DNA from: Eledone cirrhosa
Taxonomy: Eukaryota
Direction of reading: 5' to 3'
Length of the DNA stretch: 64,000 bases
Assembly (NCBI GenBank): GCA_964016885.1
Contig: OZ024742.1
Location: 147,622,001-147,686,000 of the forward strand
Of this stretch, positions 12,000 through 25,756 are shown in pieces (the first letter of the stretch is position 1; each line of letters begins with the position of its first letter). The translations under genes and the position numbers were made by a program. Below the pieces are notes generated by a model. It was not told the origin of the DNA, ran no database searches, and worked only from the letters and a program-made list of their open reading frames with translations.

Positions 12000-13555
12000 C
12001 GGAGTTTATGAAGAAATTGGGCATATTACTGCAATTTTTACACTTAATTCAGCCTCCTGCCTTCCATCACCCATGAACACGGCCCCAAGGTACTTGAACT
12101 TCTCCACCTGCTTCAGTGGAACTCCCCTCACAAGTAGAGTGCACTGTGCAGCTTCTTTGAGAGGATGAGTATCTGTCTTTGTAGCATTGATTTTCATCCA
12201 AATGTTGTAGCACTTAGCATGAAAGCTATCAAGTGCATGTTGATGGTCACCTTCTGATGAGCTAAGTAATACCATGTCGTCTGAAAATTCCAGCTGACTG
12301 ATCTTACTCATGCCAGTATTGATACCACTTCCATCCTGGCTGTGTATATCAACTCAGTTCATGAAGATTATGAAGAGAAGAGGCGACAGTATGTACCTTT
12401 GGCGGAGTCCAAATCTCACATTGAATGGTCTCAATTTAGCACCATTTATCCAAACACAAATACTACAGCATTCATATAGACATCAGGGTAACATGAAGTT
12501 GTACATAGATCCCATACTCCTGCAGAACCTTCTACAGCAGGTTCTGTGGAATATGGTTGTATGTCTTTATAAGATCTACAAAGCAAGAATACACCTCTTA
12601 GCAATACTCTCACGATTTCTCAAAGACCTGCTACAGTGCGAATATTTGGTTGGCTGTTTTGCATCAGGAGAGAAAGCTACTGTTCATCAGATAGCTTTGA
12701 TTCAACAATCCTTCTACATCTCTTTGCCAGACACTTAGCATAGACTTACAAGATCCCTCTCTAATTGGAGCAATCTCTCTTGTTTCACTTTTTGAAAATG
12801 AGGATTATCACATATAAGGTCTTTAATTGCTCTTGTAACCTCAGCCTCTGGGAGATTAGTAATCAGTCCCAAATGTACCTCATGTACATCAGAAGATACT
12901 GTTGCAACCGGGTTTAGATCAGCAGAGCATTCTCTTCACCCCGCGAGGATGCTCCTCTCAGAACAGAGAATTCCAGATGCATTCCTGATAGCAGGTGTGG
13001 GGGAGGACTTCTTATTACAAAGTCGGTGGATGATCTACCAGAATACTTTATTTGCTGATCTGAAGTCGGATTCCTGCTTAACCCCAAAGTTCTCACATGT
13101 CTTAACTTTGGACACCATGACTGTCTCTGCTGTGACTTTTTGCACCTGCTTGTACTGCATGTGTAAGGAATTATTTCCAAGCCAAGCTTTGTAGGCTGCC
13201 TTCTTTGCTTGTCTGGCATCTTTGACCTTTTGACTGAACCATGGGGTCCTCCTGTCCCCCAGCGCCACACCAAGTTGCTCTCATCTGTAGCATTTAACAG
13301 CTGAAACAGAAACTGACTATTTAAAGAGTCTCCACTCCACTCAGTTTTCTCAGAGATTTCTCTGAATTTGGATGCAACATCCGCATAACTGGTCTTCACT
13401 TTCTTACCCATCAAAACTTCCACTTTATCCTATAGGTCGACCTGGACCTGCTCATTTTGTAGGCTTTTTCGGCTTTAGGTAGTCTCGAATTGCAGATAAC
13501 TAAATGGTGATGAGTTGACAGTCCACCCCTCTCTTAATACGAACATCCAGCACAA
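12000..13555 (-). mobile_element. RTE-clade LINE fragment (duplicated with the unit)
   Basis: Same motifs (ORFs 12006-12311, 13035-13268); different internal deletion from units 1, 3, 4 and 5. Confidence 0.85.
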
Positions 13556-13619
13556 AATCGAAAATATATATATAATAACGTTATAATCCGTGTGCAAAAC
13601 GCGAATTTGTAAACATTTT

Positions 13620-13990
13620 CATCATACTTTCCAATTTTAATGCTCTTGAACTTTCTCGCGTTAAATTATAATTTTTTTCTTTTAATAATTTTAAGAAAAG
13701 AAAATAAGAAACATAAATTATAATATTCAAAAGTGTCTGTTATACATCATAATAATGTTGTATCCAATATTGCCAAAGTTGTTTTCTTGAATAGCACGGC
13801 GCCAATAGAGGTAACTGGCGAATCTCGCGAGGGCGCTTGGCTGTTCCAGCGCATGACCCTCGCCATCACCCGAGGCAACTCTGCCAGTGTGTTGGCTTGC
13901 CTCAAAAGTCATCAGAGAGGTCGCCCAGTACCCCTCGCTGGTCTTTTGCTCTGGTGTTGGCTCGATTGTTCAACCCTTCCTTTACAGTTT
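13620..13990 (-). promoter_or_regulatory. Putative ZNF-2 promoter and exon 1
   Basis: Paralogous block; TCTCGCGAG 13823-13831. Confidence 0.6.
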
Positions 13991-14692
13991 TAAACGAGGA
14001 TTTGTTTGTTTGTTTTTTATAGTACTGTTTGGTATTCTTTCTTAAGTTTCCAGTTTTTTTCCTCTCTTCTTTTATTTAAACATGTCTTTCTCCCTTCCCT
14101 ACCCCTAAACCTTTTCCTTACTTTCGCTATTTAATTTTTTTCCCCTCTTTCATTTTCTTTTTGTTATTGAAAACATTATATAACCGAATTGAAATTGGTC
14201 GAATAAATAAGTGCTTTGAAAAAAATTTTTTTTTTAAATATGAAAACAAAACTACCGAATCAATGTAATTCAATAAAACAACAATATTATTTATTCAATG
14301 TTAATAGTATTTTTCTTACTTAATTACATTAAAACAAAATAAAAAAATAATCTAACGCGGGGAAAGTTCAACATAACCATTTATACACCTACCTCCCATA
14401 TTATGATACGCCATCGTAGACTTCTTTGTGCATATATAACCACGATAAAAGTATGTCTATACCTTTATTACTATGTATAATTTCCACCATAAAGTAAACA
14501 TATTTATTTATTTAATTAATTTAAACGTCCTTATAGGGCTGGTAAGCCTGATAGACGGGGAGAGTTATTTAATATCCTTTATGACAAGAGTCAGAAACAA
14601 AAAGGAGGCAAATGAAGCAAAAATAAGTAAAAAAAGGTATTTCGAGATTTTTACAATATTCTTTTTCTTCTAAATACAATTTCTTTAATAAT

Positions 14693-14786
14693 TGTTTCTA
14701 CGTTTGGCACAAGGCCAGCAAATACACAGTGCATTACTGGTACTTTATTTTATCGACCCCGTAAGGATGAAAGGCAAAGTTAACCT
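14693..14786 (-). mobile_element. SINE fragment at the paralogous site, 5' part and right TSD deleted
   Basis: Same core sequence. Confidence 0.75.
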
Positions 14787-16039
14787 TGTGTGTTACGACG
14801 TAATTCATAATATATTCAAGATTAAAAGAAATTTGTATTAAAAAAAAAAAACGATAATTATGCTAGCCTGTATATAATGTATCGTCTAAGTGGAACAATT
14901 TTATTATTTACACATATTAATATAGACTTAAGGTAAATGTTTGTCAACTTACCGTGTTCACATGTAAACAGTAAATGAGTGAGTTGCGTGTTTATTTTAT
15001 AAAACTACCAAAGAAATTATCTGGTTGTTATATTCAGCTTTTCAAATGTTTGATCAACTTTAGTTCTACAGCATCAATTTACAATGTAACTTCACATCTT
15101 TAGCCGGAGGTTCGTATCTTGTCAGAATATCATTAGCCACAATTTCGATATGTGCTACATTTACTCTATTTTTATATCGACAAATAATTTCAGAAATGAT
15201 TGATTAAAATTGTCCAAATGTAATAAAATCTAATTAATTTGTAATAATATTTATCTGGTTAAAGCATAATATTATTGTAATTATTTTTTACATATAGATG
15301 AACTGTTAAGTATATTTTGTTTGCAAAGATAAACATTTCATTACAAATGCAAACTCTATTTTCTAAAATAAAAAACGCTTATGTGTGTAATAAAATTTTA
15401 ATCCAAACTAATTCAAGAAAGCTACGCCCGTAAGCAGCAAAATTATCTCACAGCCAATAGTTCATCCACTGAGAACAGAATAGTATGGTTTGGTGTTGAC
15501 CATTGTTGACAGGTCGTAGTCTAGGATTTATACAAGAACAAGTCAGGGTTTAATGGTGGCTGCAAAAGTAATGTGCATATAGACACACACATTTATATGT
15601 GTAACAAATTATCCTTTGGTGAATTTTGCTATGGTATGAAAATACGCCGTATTTTCATAATTTCCGATAAAAATTTACCAAATACTATGATGTTACTATC
15701 AGCTAAGACACCAACTATACAATCTCCATTTTTGACCAGCCAGACACAGGCTGAAGCTGTCACAGTTTTATTTCCTTACTCTCTTTACAAACATCGCTTA
15801 GCCTGTTTCTCTCTAAAACGATGTACAATACAACATAGTTTTCCTCAATACAACTTCACCTAAAAGCATTGCAAAGAAAATACTTTCTGTGAATTCTATT
15901 TCAATATAATGTTATGGTTTTGTAGAATTCCATGGCTAAAATAAATATTTCAAGTATAGTTTTGTTTCCTTTATGCTCATTATTCACTCAGATACTAATG
16001 AGGTAATGCTGGAGTTATGAGAAAATACACCCACTATAC

Positions 16040-16240
16040 TCTGTAATGCATCATGCTGGTACTGCAATAAAATACACCTGGTGTACTCAGTTAAGTGGTT
16101 GGTGATAGGAAGGGCATCTACCATATAAACTATGCTAAGTATGAGCTAGATGTGGTTCTCAGACCAATAGTCTTTGCCATTGACCTTCTGTCCACCCTAT
16201 GCCAGTATGGAAAGCAAATGTAAATGATGATTATTATATT
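16040..16240 (+). mobile_element. Old SINE remnant (MetaSINE-like GGAAGGGCATC core, (ATG)n tail); paralogs near 6400, 25550, 34440, 42610 and 54340
   Basis: AAGTGGTTGGTGATAGGAAGGGCATCT...CCTATGCCAGTATGGAAAGCARATGTAAATGATGA; the Helitron sits in its tail. Confidence 0.55.
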
Positions 16241-16245
16241 ATACA

Positions 16246-17778
16246 CGAGCAGTGGTACCCGGCGTTGCACGGTAAAGGTATTTTGGAACACGGGCCGCCA
16301 ACAGACCTAAGCGTGGGGAAAATGCATGCCTTGACAATATGTAAAGAAAATAAACCGAATACTCTGATGGCTGGGTAATCTTTAAGATTTTCCTCGAAGA
16401 AGCAGGAAAAATGCAGGTTTTCACCTAATGCGGGCCCTAGGGCATCAAGAAGATGAATTGTTTTATGTGCGTAATATGCCTTGAAATTTCGGGAAAATCG
16501 GCTAGTAGTAACGCCTCAAAAAAGACCTTAAAAGCTGAAAAATGAAGTTTTTAACCTAATGCGGGCCCTAGGCCATAAAAAAGTTGGATTTCCTTTGCTC
16601 ACGGTATGACGAAGAGACTGATTAATACAAAGTTACAATTACAAGGCATTCGGTCTGACGTTAACGCCTCAAAATACCCCTAAAAAGCTGAAAAAAAATG
16701 CAGTTTTTCAAATGCTAATCATTTATAATTCTTACGAAGTATAAAATTTACACATCAAAAAAATATACAATACTTTATTTCTTAAGTAATTCACATAAAA
16801 ATATAAAATCAAAACGAAAAAAAATATATATATCTAGATTTTTGGCAATAACTATATGTATATATATAATTGTTTCTACTTTAGGCACAAGGCCAGCAAT
16901 TACCAGTGCATTACTGGTACTTTATTTTATCGACCCCGTAAGGATGAAAGGCAAAGTCAACCTCGGTAGCGGTAAAATAGTAACTTTTGTTCTCATAAAG
17001 GCACGTAAGTAAGCAACAGTGTGAAAACTGAAGCTATTATAGCAATGTTTTTCTTTACCGGCTTTAATTTTTAGTGTTGTGTAAAATATATCTGCAAACC
17101 TGATTTTTTAATCGCAGCAGGATCGACTTTATTTCACTCGCTCCACTAAAGGTTGGATTACGGTATGAAGAAGAGACTGACTAATACATAGTTACCAGCT
17201 TTCATTTTTAGTGTTGTGTGAAATATATAACCACCTTAGCTAAGCTTACTATTGCCACAACTACGGCTGGCAAAGAAGTAAGGGTCTGGTGGTACGTAAG
17301 TAAGCAACACTGTGGCTTAAAACGTGAGGAAGAAATTGTGTGCACTTACCAACTGTTTGGGGAATGTGTGAGATTTGTCTTGAGCAAGGGTGGCTAAATA
17401 ACCGGAGGCAGTGGGCCGTAACTGACGTAATGCAGACAGCCAGACATAGACAGATATTATAAGGGCGCGTTCTGGACCCAGAGGGAATTGTAGGAAGTGA
17501 CGTAATGCAGACAGCCAGACGTAGACAGATATTATAAGGGCGCGACGTTGTATGTATCAATCTAAAAAGAGAAAGTCTAAGAATTATAGAGAGAGGTCGC
17601 TAAATCGCCTAATGCGGTCCCTAGGGCATTGAAAATTTGAAATGTTTTTGCTCAGAACACTCCCTGAAACATAAGTATTACATGTGTAAAGTTTGAAAAC
17701 AGTCGGTTGGGTGCTTCTCAAGTTTTAGGGGATTCAAACTCACACAGAGACAGACATCCTCAGTTTTATATATATAGA
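16246..17778 (-). mobile_element. Non-autonomous Helitron
   Basis: 5' TCTATATATATAAAACTGAG; 3' hairpin CCGTGCAACGCCGG then CTCG (mutated CTAG); no TSD. Confidence 0.8.
16871..16966 (-). mobile_element. SINE fragment nested in the unit-2 Helitron
   Basis: Same core; absent at the paralogous TATATAATAGCGG site in other units. Confidence 0.8.
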
Positions 17779-17933
17779 TTATGATATTTGAGGCTTGTGT
17801 TATGTTTGTTCTAGATATAAATAACACAGTATCACACATGTAGGTTTTTATACTATAATATATATCATATTTTAACATTATCAGTGACTGGGAAATATAT
17901 TCATTTTAGACTGCCTCTCAACCCACCAACTTT

Positions 17934-18590
17934 CTACATCACATTTTCACTAGATAACTACCATCAACCACTGACTACATCACATGTTCACTAGATGACT
18001 ACCATCAACCACTGACTACATCACATGTTCACTAGATAACTACCATCAACCACTGACTACATGACATGTTCAATAGATAACTACCATCAACCACTGACTA
18101 CATCGCATGTTCGATAACTCCCATCAACCACTGACTACATCGCATGTTCGATAACTCCCATCAACCACTGACTACATCGCATGTTCAATAGATAACTACC
18201 ATCAACCACTGACTACATCACATTTTCACTAGATAACTACCATCAACCACTGACTACATCACATGTTCACTAGATAACTACCATCAACCACTGACTACAT
18301 CACATGTTCACTAGATAAATACCATCAACCACTGACTACATCGCATGTTCACTAGATAACTACCATCAACCACTGACTACATCACATGTTCACTAGATAA
18401 CTACCATCAACCACTGACTACATCACATGTTCACTAGATAAATACCATCAACCACTGACTACATCGCATGTTCACTAGATAACTACCATCAACCACTGAC
18501 TACATCGCATGTTCAATAGATAACTACCATCAACAACATTGCATGTTCAATAACAACCATCAACCACTAAATATATTGCGTGTTCATTAT
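17934..18590. repeat. 41-bp minisatellite, ~15 copies (some 37-bp variants)
   Basis: Direct count of CTACAT starts. Confidence 0.95.
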
Positions 18591-19742
18591 ATAACCATCA
18601 TTTAATGTAAAAAGATATCCTATTGTTTATCTCTCACTCACTACATGATAACCTCTAGTATTTAGTTTCAAATATTGTCAACAAATTATATAGCTTACAA
18701 GTAAACAGTTAGTAAATATTTCAGTTTAAAGAAATGTTTAACTTTTATCATATATTGAACTGTGAATTATATAGTTTATAGTTGTGTCAGGTTAAATAAT
18801 GACAGAATAATGTAAGAATAAATAATTTTTATTTAGATTTAGCGTGATGAAGAATATTCTCAGATGCATGTGGTCAAAACTCAGGATTCTGGGATTGACA
18901 GTTAAGATGACAAAAGATTGAGAAAATTCAGTGATAATTTGTATGACAGACATATCAAACCCACACAAGCCGGCTGAATGGACATTAAAACATTAATATT
19001 TATATACATATAAAAATGAGAAAACTCATCGCTAGAACAGCTGTTAAGACATCTAAATTCTGTCAAAGACAACAATGGACAGAAATTCCTGAAGACAGAC
19101 CAGTGGCCAACAATCCACAGGGTGGGTCACAGGCAGATGAAATATAGAAAAGATTGGAAGAGGACAAACAGAAGTGTGTTGGTACATAGAAGTGACAGGC
19201 AGGAGGAAATAAAGACAATGTACAAGACAAGTTTGCACACACACATCTATCTTCACCCTCATCAGCACTCAAACCAGCAAAACGTTTTTCACAATTTCTA
19301 ATATAACTGAACAGTGCCATTGTCCTTTATTTATGACAGTGATTTCTCAGATATAGTTATATAAAATAGTGTTGGAAGGTATATATTCTTTCTTCTGTAA
19401 ATGGTTATATAAGTTTTATTGTTTATTTTCTGAAATGGCTTCTGTAACAGTTGATCTGTCCTTCCTTACAAACCAGTGGACGTCTTGCCCTAGAAAAATT
19501 TGGTAACAATAATGTTGTTAACCTCAACATCCACAAAACTTTAATGATGTCTTGTATGTAAATCTCTAAAAACTGCCCACTGAAGAGCTTCATTGATCTG
19601 TCATCTTTGTTGCACACCCTATCAACTCTCCATTATGTCCTCAATAATCATCATTTACTTATTAATGACCATCTAGCCATCATGTCCAGCAATGCCCACT
19701 AAGTTGATACCACCCTTCATTCATAAAATAATTTACCACAGA

Positions 19743-21362
19743 TCATTTCTTTCTGGTATGAATGCATTTGTGAGAAGTTAAATTAGATTTCACAGAAAAT
19801 GATTTATCACACCTCTCACATTGATATGGCTTCTCTCCTGTATGAACACGTTTGTGAGATTTTAAATGATCATTTCGTGTGAATGATTTACCACAGATAT
19901 CACAGTGATATGGTTTCTCTCCTGAATGAATACGTTTGTGGGAGGTTAATTGACTTCCGTAAGTAAATGATTTACCACAGATTTCACAATGATGTGGTTT
20001 TTCTCCTGTGTGAATACGTTTGTGAGTATCTAATTGATCCTGTCGAGAAAATGATTTACCACATATATCACAACGATATGGTTTCTTTCCTGTATGTGTG
20101 CGATTGTGAGAAGTTAATTCACTATTTCTAGAGAATGACTTACTACAGATTTCACAATGATATGGCTTTTCTCCTGTATGTATACGCTTGTGTTCAGCTA
20201 AAGAATTTCCATGAGAGAATGCTTCATCACAGATATCACAGTGATATGGTTTCTCTCCTGTATGAATACGCTTGTGAATATTTACGTTACCTTTTTGAAA
20301 GAATGATTTACCACAGATATCACAGTGATATGGCTTCTTTCCTGTATGAATGAGTTTGTGTGTAATTAAGGCACTTCTATGATTGAATGATTTACCACAG
20401 ATATCACAGTGATATGGTCTCTCTCCCGTATGTGTGCGTTTGTGGTCAGTTAAATAATCTTTTCGAGCAAATGACTTACTGCAGATATTACACTGATATG
20501 GCTTCTCTCCTGTATGAATACGTTTGTGGATGGTTAAAACATGTCCTTCAGAAAATGATTTACCACAGATATCACAATGAAATGGTTTCTCTCCTGTATG
20601 GATACGTTTGTGGCTGGTTATGGCATTTCCTGAAGAGAATGAGTTACCACAGATATCACAATGATATGGCCTCTCTCCTGTATGAATACGTTTGTGAGTA
20701 GTTAGGTTACTTTTTTGAAAGAATGATTTGCTGCAGAAATCACAGTGATATAGCTTCTCTCCTGTATGAATTCTTTTATGTTTAGTTAAGTCACTTCTTT
20801 GTGAGAATGATTTAACGCAGATATTGCAGTGATATGGTTTTTCTCCAGTATGTATACGTTTGTGGATTGTTAAGGCATTTCTTACAGAGAATGTCTTGCC
20901 ACATATATCACAGTGATATGGTCTTTCTCCTGTATGAATACGTGTATGGCCAGTTAAGGCATTTCTTTCAGAGAATGATTTACCACAGATACCACAGTGA
21001 TATGGCTTTTCTCCAGTGTGAGTACGTTTATGGCTAGTTAGGCCATTTCCATCAGAGAATGATTTACCACAGATATCACAGTGATATGGTTTCTCTCCTG
21101 TATGAATACGTTTGTGTCCAGTTAAAGTATTTCCGTGAGAGAATGATTTACCACAGATATCACAGTGATACGGTTTTTCGCCTGTATGAATGCGTTTATG
21201 AGTAGTTACATTACCTTTCTGAGAGAATGATTTACCACAGATATCACAGTGATATGGTTTTGTATTTGTATGAGTTTGTTTATGCTTAGTCAAGTCATTA
21301 CTTCGAGAGAATGATTTTTTACACATATTACTGTTGTATGATTTTCCCGTATTTTTCGGCAT
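19743..21362 (-). CDS. C2H2 zinc-finger protein ZNF-3: 19 fingers (first degenerate)
   Basis: 539-aa intact ORF, colinear finger-for-finger with ZNF-2. Confidence 0.93.
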   Translation of the reverse strand: MPKNTGKSYNSNMCKKSFSRSNDLTKHKQTHTNTKPYHCDICGKSFSQKGNVTTHKRIHTGEKPYHCDICGKSFSHGNTLTGHKRIHTGEKPYHCDICGKSFSDGNGLTSHKRTHTGEKPYHCGICGKSFSERNALTGHTRIHTGERPYHCDICGKTFSVRNALTIHKRIHTGEKPYHCNICVKSFSQRSDLTKHKRIHTGEKLYHCDFCSKSFFQKSNLTTHKRIHTGERPYHCDICGNSFSSGNAITSHKRIHTGEKPFHCDICGKSFSEGHVLTIHKRIHTGEKPYQCNICSKSFARKDYLTDHKRTHTGERPYHCDICGKSFNHRSALITHKLIHTGKKPYHCDICGKSFFQKGNVNIHKRIHTGEKPYHCDICDEAFSHGNSLAEHKRIHTGEKPYHCEICSKSFSRNSELTSHNRTHTGKKPYRCDICGKSFSRQDQLDTHKRIHTGEKPHHCEICGKSFTYGSQLTSHKRIHSGEKPYHCDICGKSFTRNDHLKSHKRVHTGEKPYQCERCDKSFSVKSNLTSHKCIHTRKK

Positions 21363-21754
21363 CTTTGTGGTAATAAACTTAATCCTTTAAATGACTCAGA
21401 TAAGTTATTTCCCTACAACTCTGAGGTCAACACAATATATAGATAATTTTCTTTTTATATTTTATTTCAAACAAACATTTCTACAGCTACATTTCCATCA
21501 ACTATAGTCTTTGTCAATATCTGAAGATCCTGTACAATCCTTTGTAAGTATGTTACAAACAATCATATCTGTTGTATATAACTCCTTCCTTTCGTCTTTA
21601 AAAGATGATAAATATTGATGACACTGTTAAAGTAAAAACGTTATTCTGAAATAATAAAGAAACAGTAAAAGATATAAGTGGATATTAAAAAGTAAAGATT
21701 CAACAATAGAAATTTTACTACTTTTTCATATTCATAAACTGTAAACTTTTACCT

Positions 21755-23150
21755 ACTTATGAAGAAATTGGGCATATTACTGCATACGTTACTGCAATTT
21801 TTACACTTAATTCAGCCTCCTGCCTTCCATCACCCATGAACACGGACCCAAGATACTTGAACTTCTCCACCTGCTTCAGTGGAACTCCCCTCACAAGTAG
21901 AGTGCACTGTGCACCTTCTTTGAGAGGATGAGTGTCTGTCTTTGTAGCATTGATTTTCATGCCTATGTTGTAGCACTCAGCATGAAAGCTATCAAGTGCA
22001 TGTTGATGGTCACCTTCTGATGAGCTAAGTAATACCATGTCGTCTGAAAATTCCAGCTGACTGATCTTACTCATGTCAGTATTGATGCCACTTCCATCCT
22101 GGCTGTGTATATCAACTCAAAATGAAGATTATGAACAGAAGAGGCGACAGTATGTACCTTTGGCGGAGTTCAAATCTCACATTGAATGGTTTTGATTTAG
22201 CACCATTTATCCAAACACAAATACTTCAGCATTCATATAGACATCAGGGTAACATGAAGTTGTACATCGATCCCATACTCCTGCAGAACCTTCTACAGCA
22301 GGTTCTGTGGAATATGGTTGCATGTCTTTATAAGATCTACAAAGCAAGAATACACCTCTTAGCAATACTCTCACGATTTCTCAAAGACCTGCTGCAGTGT
22401 GAATATTTGGTTGGCTGTTTTGCATCAGGGGCGAAAGCTACACTGTTCATCAGCTAGCTTTGATTCAACAATCCTTCTACATCTCTTTGCCAGACATTTA
22501 GCATAGACTTTACAAGATCCTTCTCTAATTGGAATAATCTCTCTTTTTGAAAATGGGGATTATCACCCCCAATTGCCATTGCTTAGGCGTCTTTTCAGAG
22601 ATCTAAGCCGGTGGATGATCTACCAGAACACTTTATTTGCTGATCTGAAGTCGGATTCCTGCTTAACCCCAAAGTCCTCGCATGTCTTAACTTTGGACAC
22701 CATTACTGTCTCTGCTGTGACTTTTTGCACCTGCTTGTACTGCATGTGCAAGGAGGACTTATTTCCAAGCCAAGCTTTGTAGGCCGCCTTCTTTGCTTGG
22801 CTGGCATCTTTGACCTTTTGACTGAACCATGGGGTCCTCCTGTCGCCCAACGCCACACCAAGTTGCTTTCATCTGTAGCATTTAACAGCTGAAACAGAAA
22901 CTGACTATTTAAACAGTCTCCACTCCACTCGGTTTGCTCAGAGATTTCTCTGAATTTGGATGCAATAACATCCGCATAACTGGTCCTCACTTCCTTATTC
23001 ATCAAAACTTCTCACTTTATCCTATAGGTCGACCTGGACCTGCTCATTTTGTAGGCTTTTTCGGCTTTAGGTAGTCTCGAATTGCAGATAACTAAATGGT
23101 GATGAGTTGACAGTCCACCCCTCTCTTAATACGAACATCCAGCACAAAAT
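21755..23150 (-). mobile_element. RTE-clade LINE fragment (duplicated with the unit)
   Basis: ORF 21757-22074 FSDDMVLL...KQVEKFKYLGSVF. Confidence 0.85.
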
Positions 23151-23209
23151 CGAAAATATATATATAATAACGTTATAATCCGTGTGCAAAACGCGAATTT
23201 GTAAACATT

Positions 23210-23570
23210 TTCATCATACTTTCCAATTTTAATGCTCTTGAACTTTCTCGCGTTAAATTATAATTTTTTTCTTTTAATAATTTTAAGAAAAGAAAATAAG
23301 AAACATAAATTATAATATTCAAAAGTGTCTATTATACATCATAATAATGTCGTATCGAATATTGCCGAAGATGTTTTCTTGAATAGCACGGCGCCAATAG
23401 AGGTAACTGGCGAATCTCGCGAGGGCGCTTGGCTGTTCCAGCGCATGAGCCTCGCCATCACCCGAAGCAACGCAGCCAGTGGGTTGGCTTGCCTCAAAAT
23501 TCATCAGAGAGGTCGCCCAGTACCCCTCGCTGGTCTTGGCTCGGTTGTTCACCCCTTCATTTACAGTTTT
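23210..23570 (-). promoter_or_regulatory. Putative ZNF-3 promoter and exon 1
   Basis: Paralogous block; TCTCGCGAG 23415-23423. Confidence 0.6.
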
Positions 23571-24105
23571 AAACGATGATTTGTCTGTTTGTTTTTTTAT
23601 AGTACTGTTTAGTATTCCTTAAGTTTCCAGTTTTTTTCCTCTCTTCCTTTATTTAAACATGTCTTTCTCCCTTCCCTCCCCCTAAACATTTTCCTTACTT
23701 TCGCTATTTAATTTGTTTCCCCTTTCTTTTTCTTACTTAATTACATTAAGACAAAATAAAAAAATTATTTAACGCGGGGTAAGTTCAAGATAACGGCTTT
23801 TACACCTACCTCCCTTATTATGATACGCCATCGTAGACTTCTTTGTGCATATAAAACCACGATAAAAGTATGTCTATACCTTTATTACTACGTATAATTT
23901 CCACCATAAAGTAAACATATTTATTTAATCAATTGAAACGTCCTTATAGGGCTGGTAAGCATGATAGACGGGGAGAGTTATTTAATATCCTTTATGACAA
24001 GAGTCAGAAACAAAAGGGAGGCAAATGAAGCAAAAATAAGTTTAAAAAAAGTATTTTGAGATATTTAAAATTTTTTTTTCTTCTAAATACAATTTCTTTA
24101 ATAAT

Positions 24106-24292
24106 TGTTTCTACTTTTGGCACAAGGCCAGCAATTACCCAGTGCATTACTGGTACTTTATTTTATCGACCCCGTAAGGATGAAAGGCAAAGTTAACCTC
24201 GGCTGGATTTGAACTCAGAATGGCAAACACCGTAACTCTATGCGTCAAAGCATGGCGTCCGACCCTCTACCGATACTGCCAATCCATCGCCC
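24106..24292 (-). mobile_element. Full-length tRNA-derived SINE
   Basis: B-box-like GAGTTCAAATCC plus core; TSD TTTCTTTAATAAT at 24093-24105 and 24293-24305. Confidence 0.85.
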
Positions 24293-25756
24293 TTTCTTTA
24301 ATAATGATAACAATATAAGTTACGACGTAATTCATAATATATTCAAGATTAAATTATTAAAAGAAATTTGTATTAAAGAAAAAAAAAACCGATAATTATG
24401 CTAGCCTGTATATAATTACTGTATCCTCCAAGTGGAGCAATTTTATTATTTACACATATTAATATAGACTTAAGGTAAATGTTTGTCAACTTACCTTGTT
24501 CACATTTAAACAGTAAATGAGTGAGTTGCGTGTTTATTTTATAAAACTACCAAAGAAATTATCTGGTCGTTATATTCAGCCTTTCAAATGTTTGATCTAC
24601 AGCATCAATTTACAATGTAACTTCACATCTTTAGCCGGACGTTTGTATCTTGTCAGAATATCATTAGCCACAATTTCGATATGTGCTACATTTACTCTAT
24701 TTTTATATGGACAAATAATTTAAGAAATGATTGATTAAAATTGTCCAAATGTAATAAAATCTACTTAATTTATAATAATATTTATCTGATTAAAGCATAA
24801 TATTATTCTAATTATTTTTACATATACATGAACTGTTAAGTATATTTTGTTTGCAAAGATAAACTCTATTTTCTAAAATAAAAAACGCTTATGTGTGTAA
24901 TAAAATTTTAATCCAAACTAATTCAAGAAAGCTACGCCCGTAATCAGCAAAATTATCTCAGTCAATAGTTCATCCACTGAGAACAGAATGGTATGGTTTG
25001 GTGTTGACCATTGTTGACAGGTCGTAGTCTAGGATTTATACAAGAACAAGTCAGGGTTTAATGGTGGCTGCAAAAGTAATGTGCATATAGACACACACAT
25101 TTATATGTGTAACAAATTATCCTTTGGTGAATTTTGCTATGGTATGAAAATACGCCGTATTTTCATAATTTCCGATAAAAATTTACCAAATACTATGATG
25201 TTACTATCAGCTAAGACAGCAACTATACAATCTCCATTTTTAACCAGCCAGACACAGGCTGAAGCTGTCACAGCTTTATTTCCTTACTCTCTTTACAAAC
25301 ATCGCTTAGCCTGTTTCTCTCTAAAACGATGTACAATACAACATAGTTTTCCTCAATACAACTTCACCTAAAAGCATTGCAAAGAAAATACTTTCTGTGA
25401 ATTCTATTTCAATATAATGTTATGGTTTTGTAGAATTCCATGGCTAAAATAAATATTTCAAGTATAGTTTTGTTTCCTTTATGCTCATTATTCACTCAGA
25501 TACTAATGAGGTAATGCTGGAGTTATGAGAAAATACACCCACTATACTCTGTAATGCATCATGCTGGTACTGCAATAAAATACACCTGGTGTACTCAGTT
25601 AAGTGGTTGGTGATAGGAAGGGCATCTACCATATAAACTATGCTAAGTATGAGCTAGATGTGGTTCTCAGACCAATAGTCTTGGCCATTGACCTTCTGTC
25701 CACCCTATGCCAGTATGGAAAGCAGATGTAAATGATAATGATTATTATATTATACA

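Noticed and set aside
12310-12738. Plus-strand ORFs MKLYIDPILLQNLLQQ in each unit
   Set aside because: Antisense frame of the LINE RT remnant
15573-15863. Recurrent 75-96 aa ORF MHIDTHIYMCNKLSF (also 25081, 33970, 53888)
   Set aside because: Recurs only because the unit is duplicated; GTG start, frameshifted in several copies, split by LTR-B, no recognisable domain
17934-18590. CRISPR-like regular repeat
   Set aside because: Units are contiguous with no unique spacers, the context is eukaryotic and there are no cas genes; it is a minisatellite
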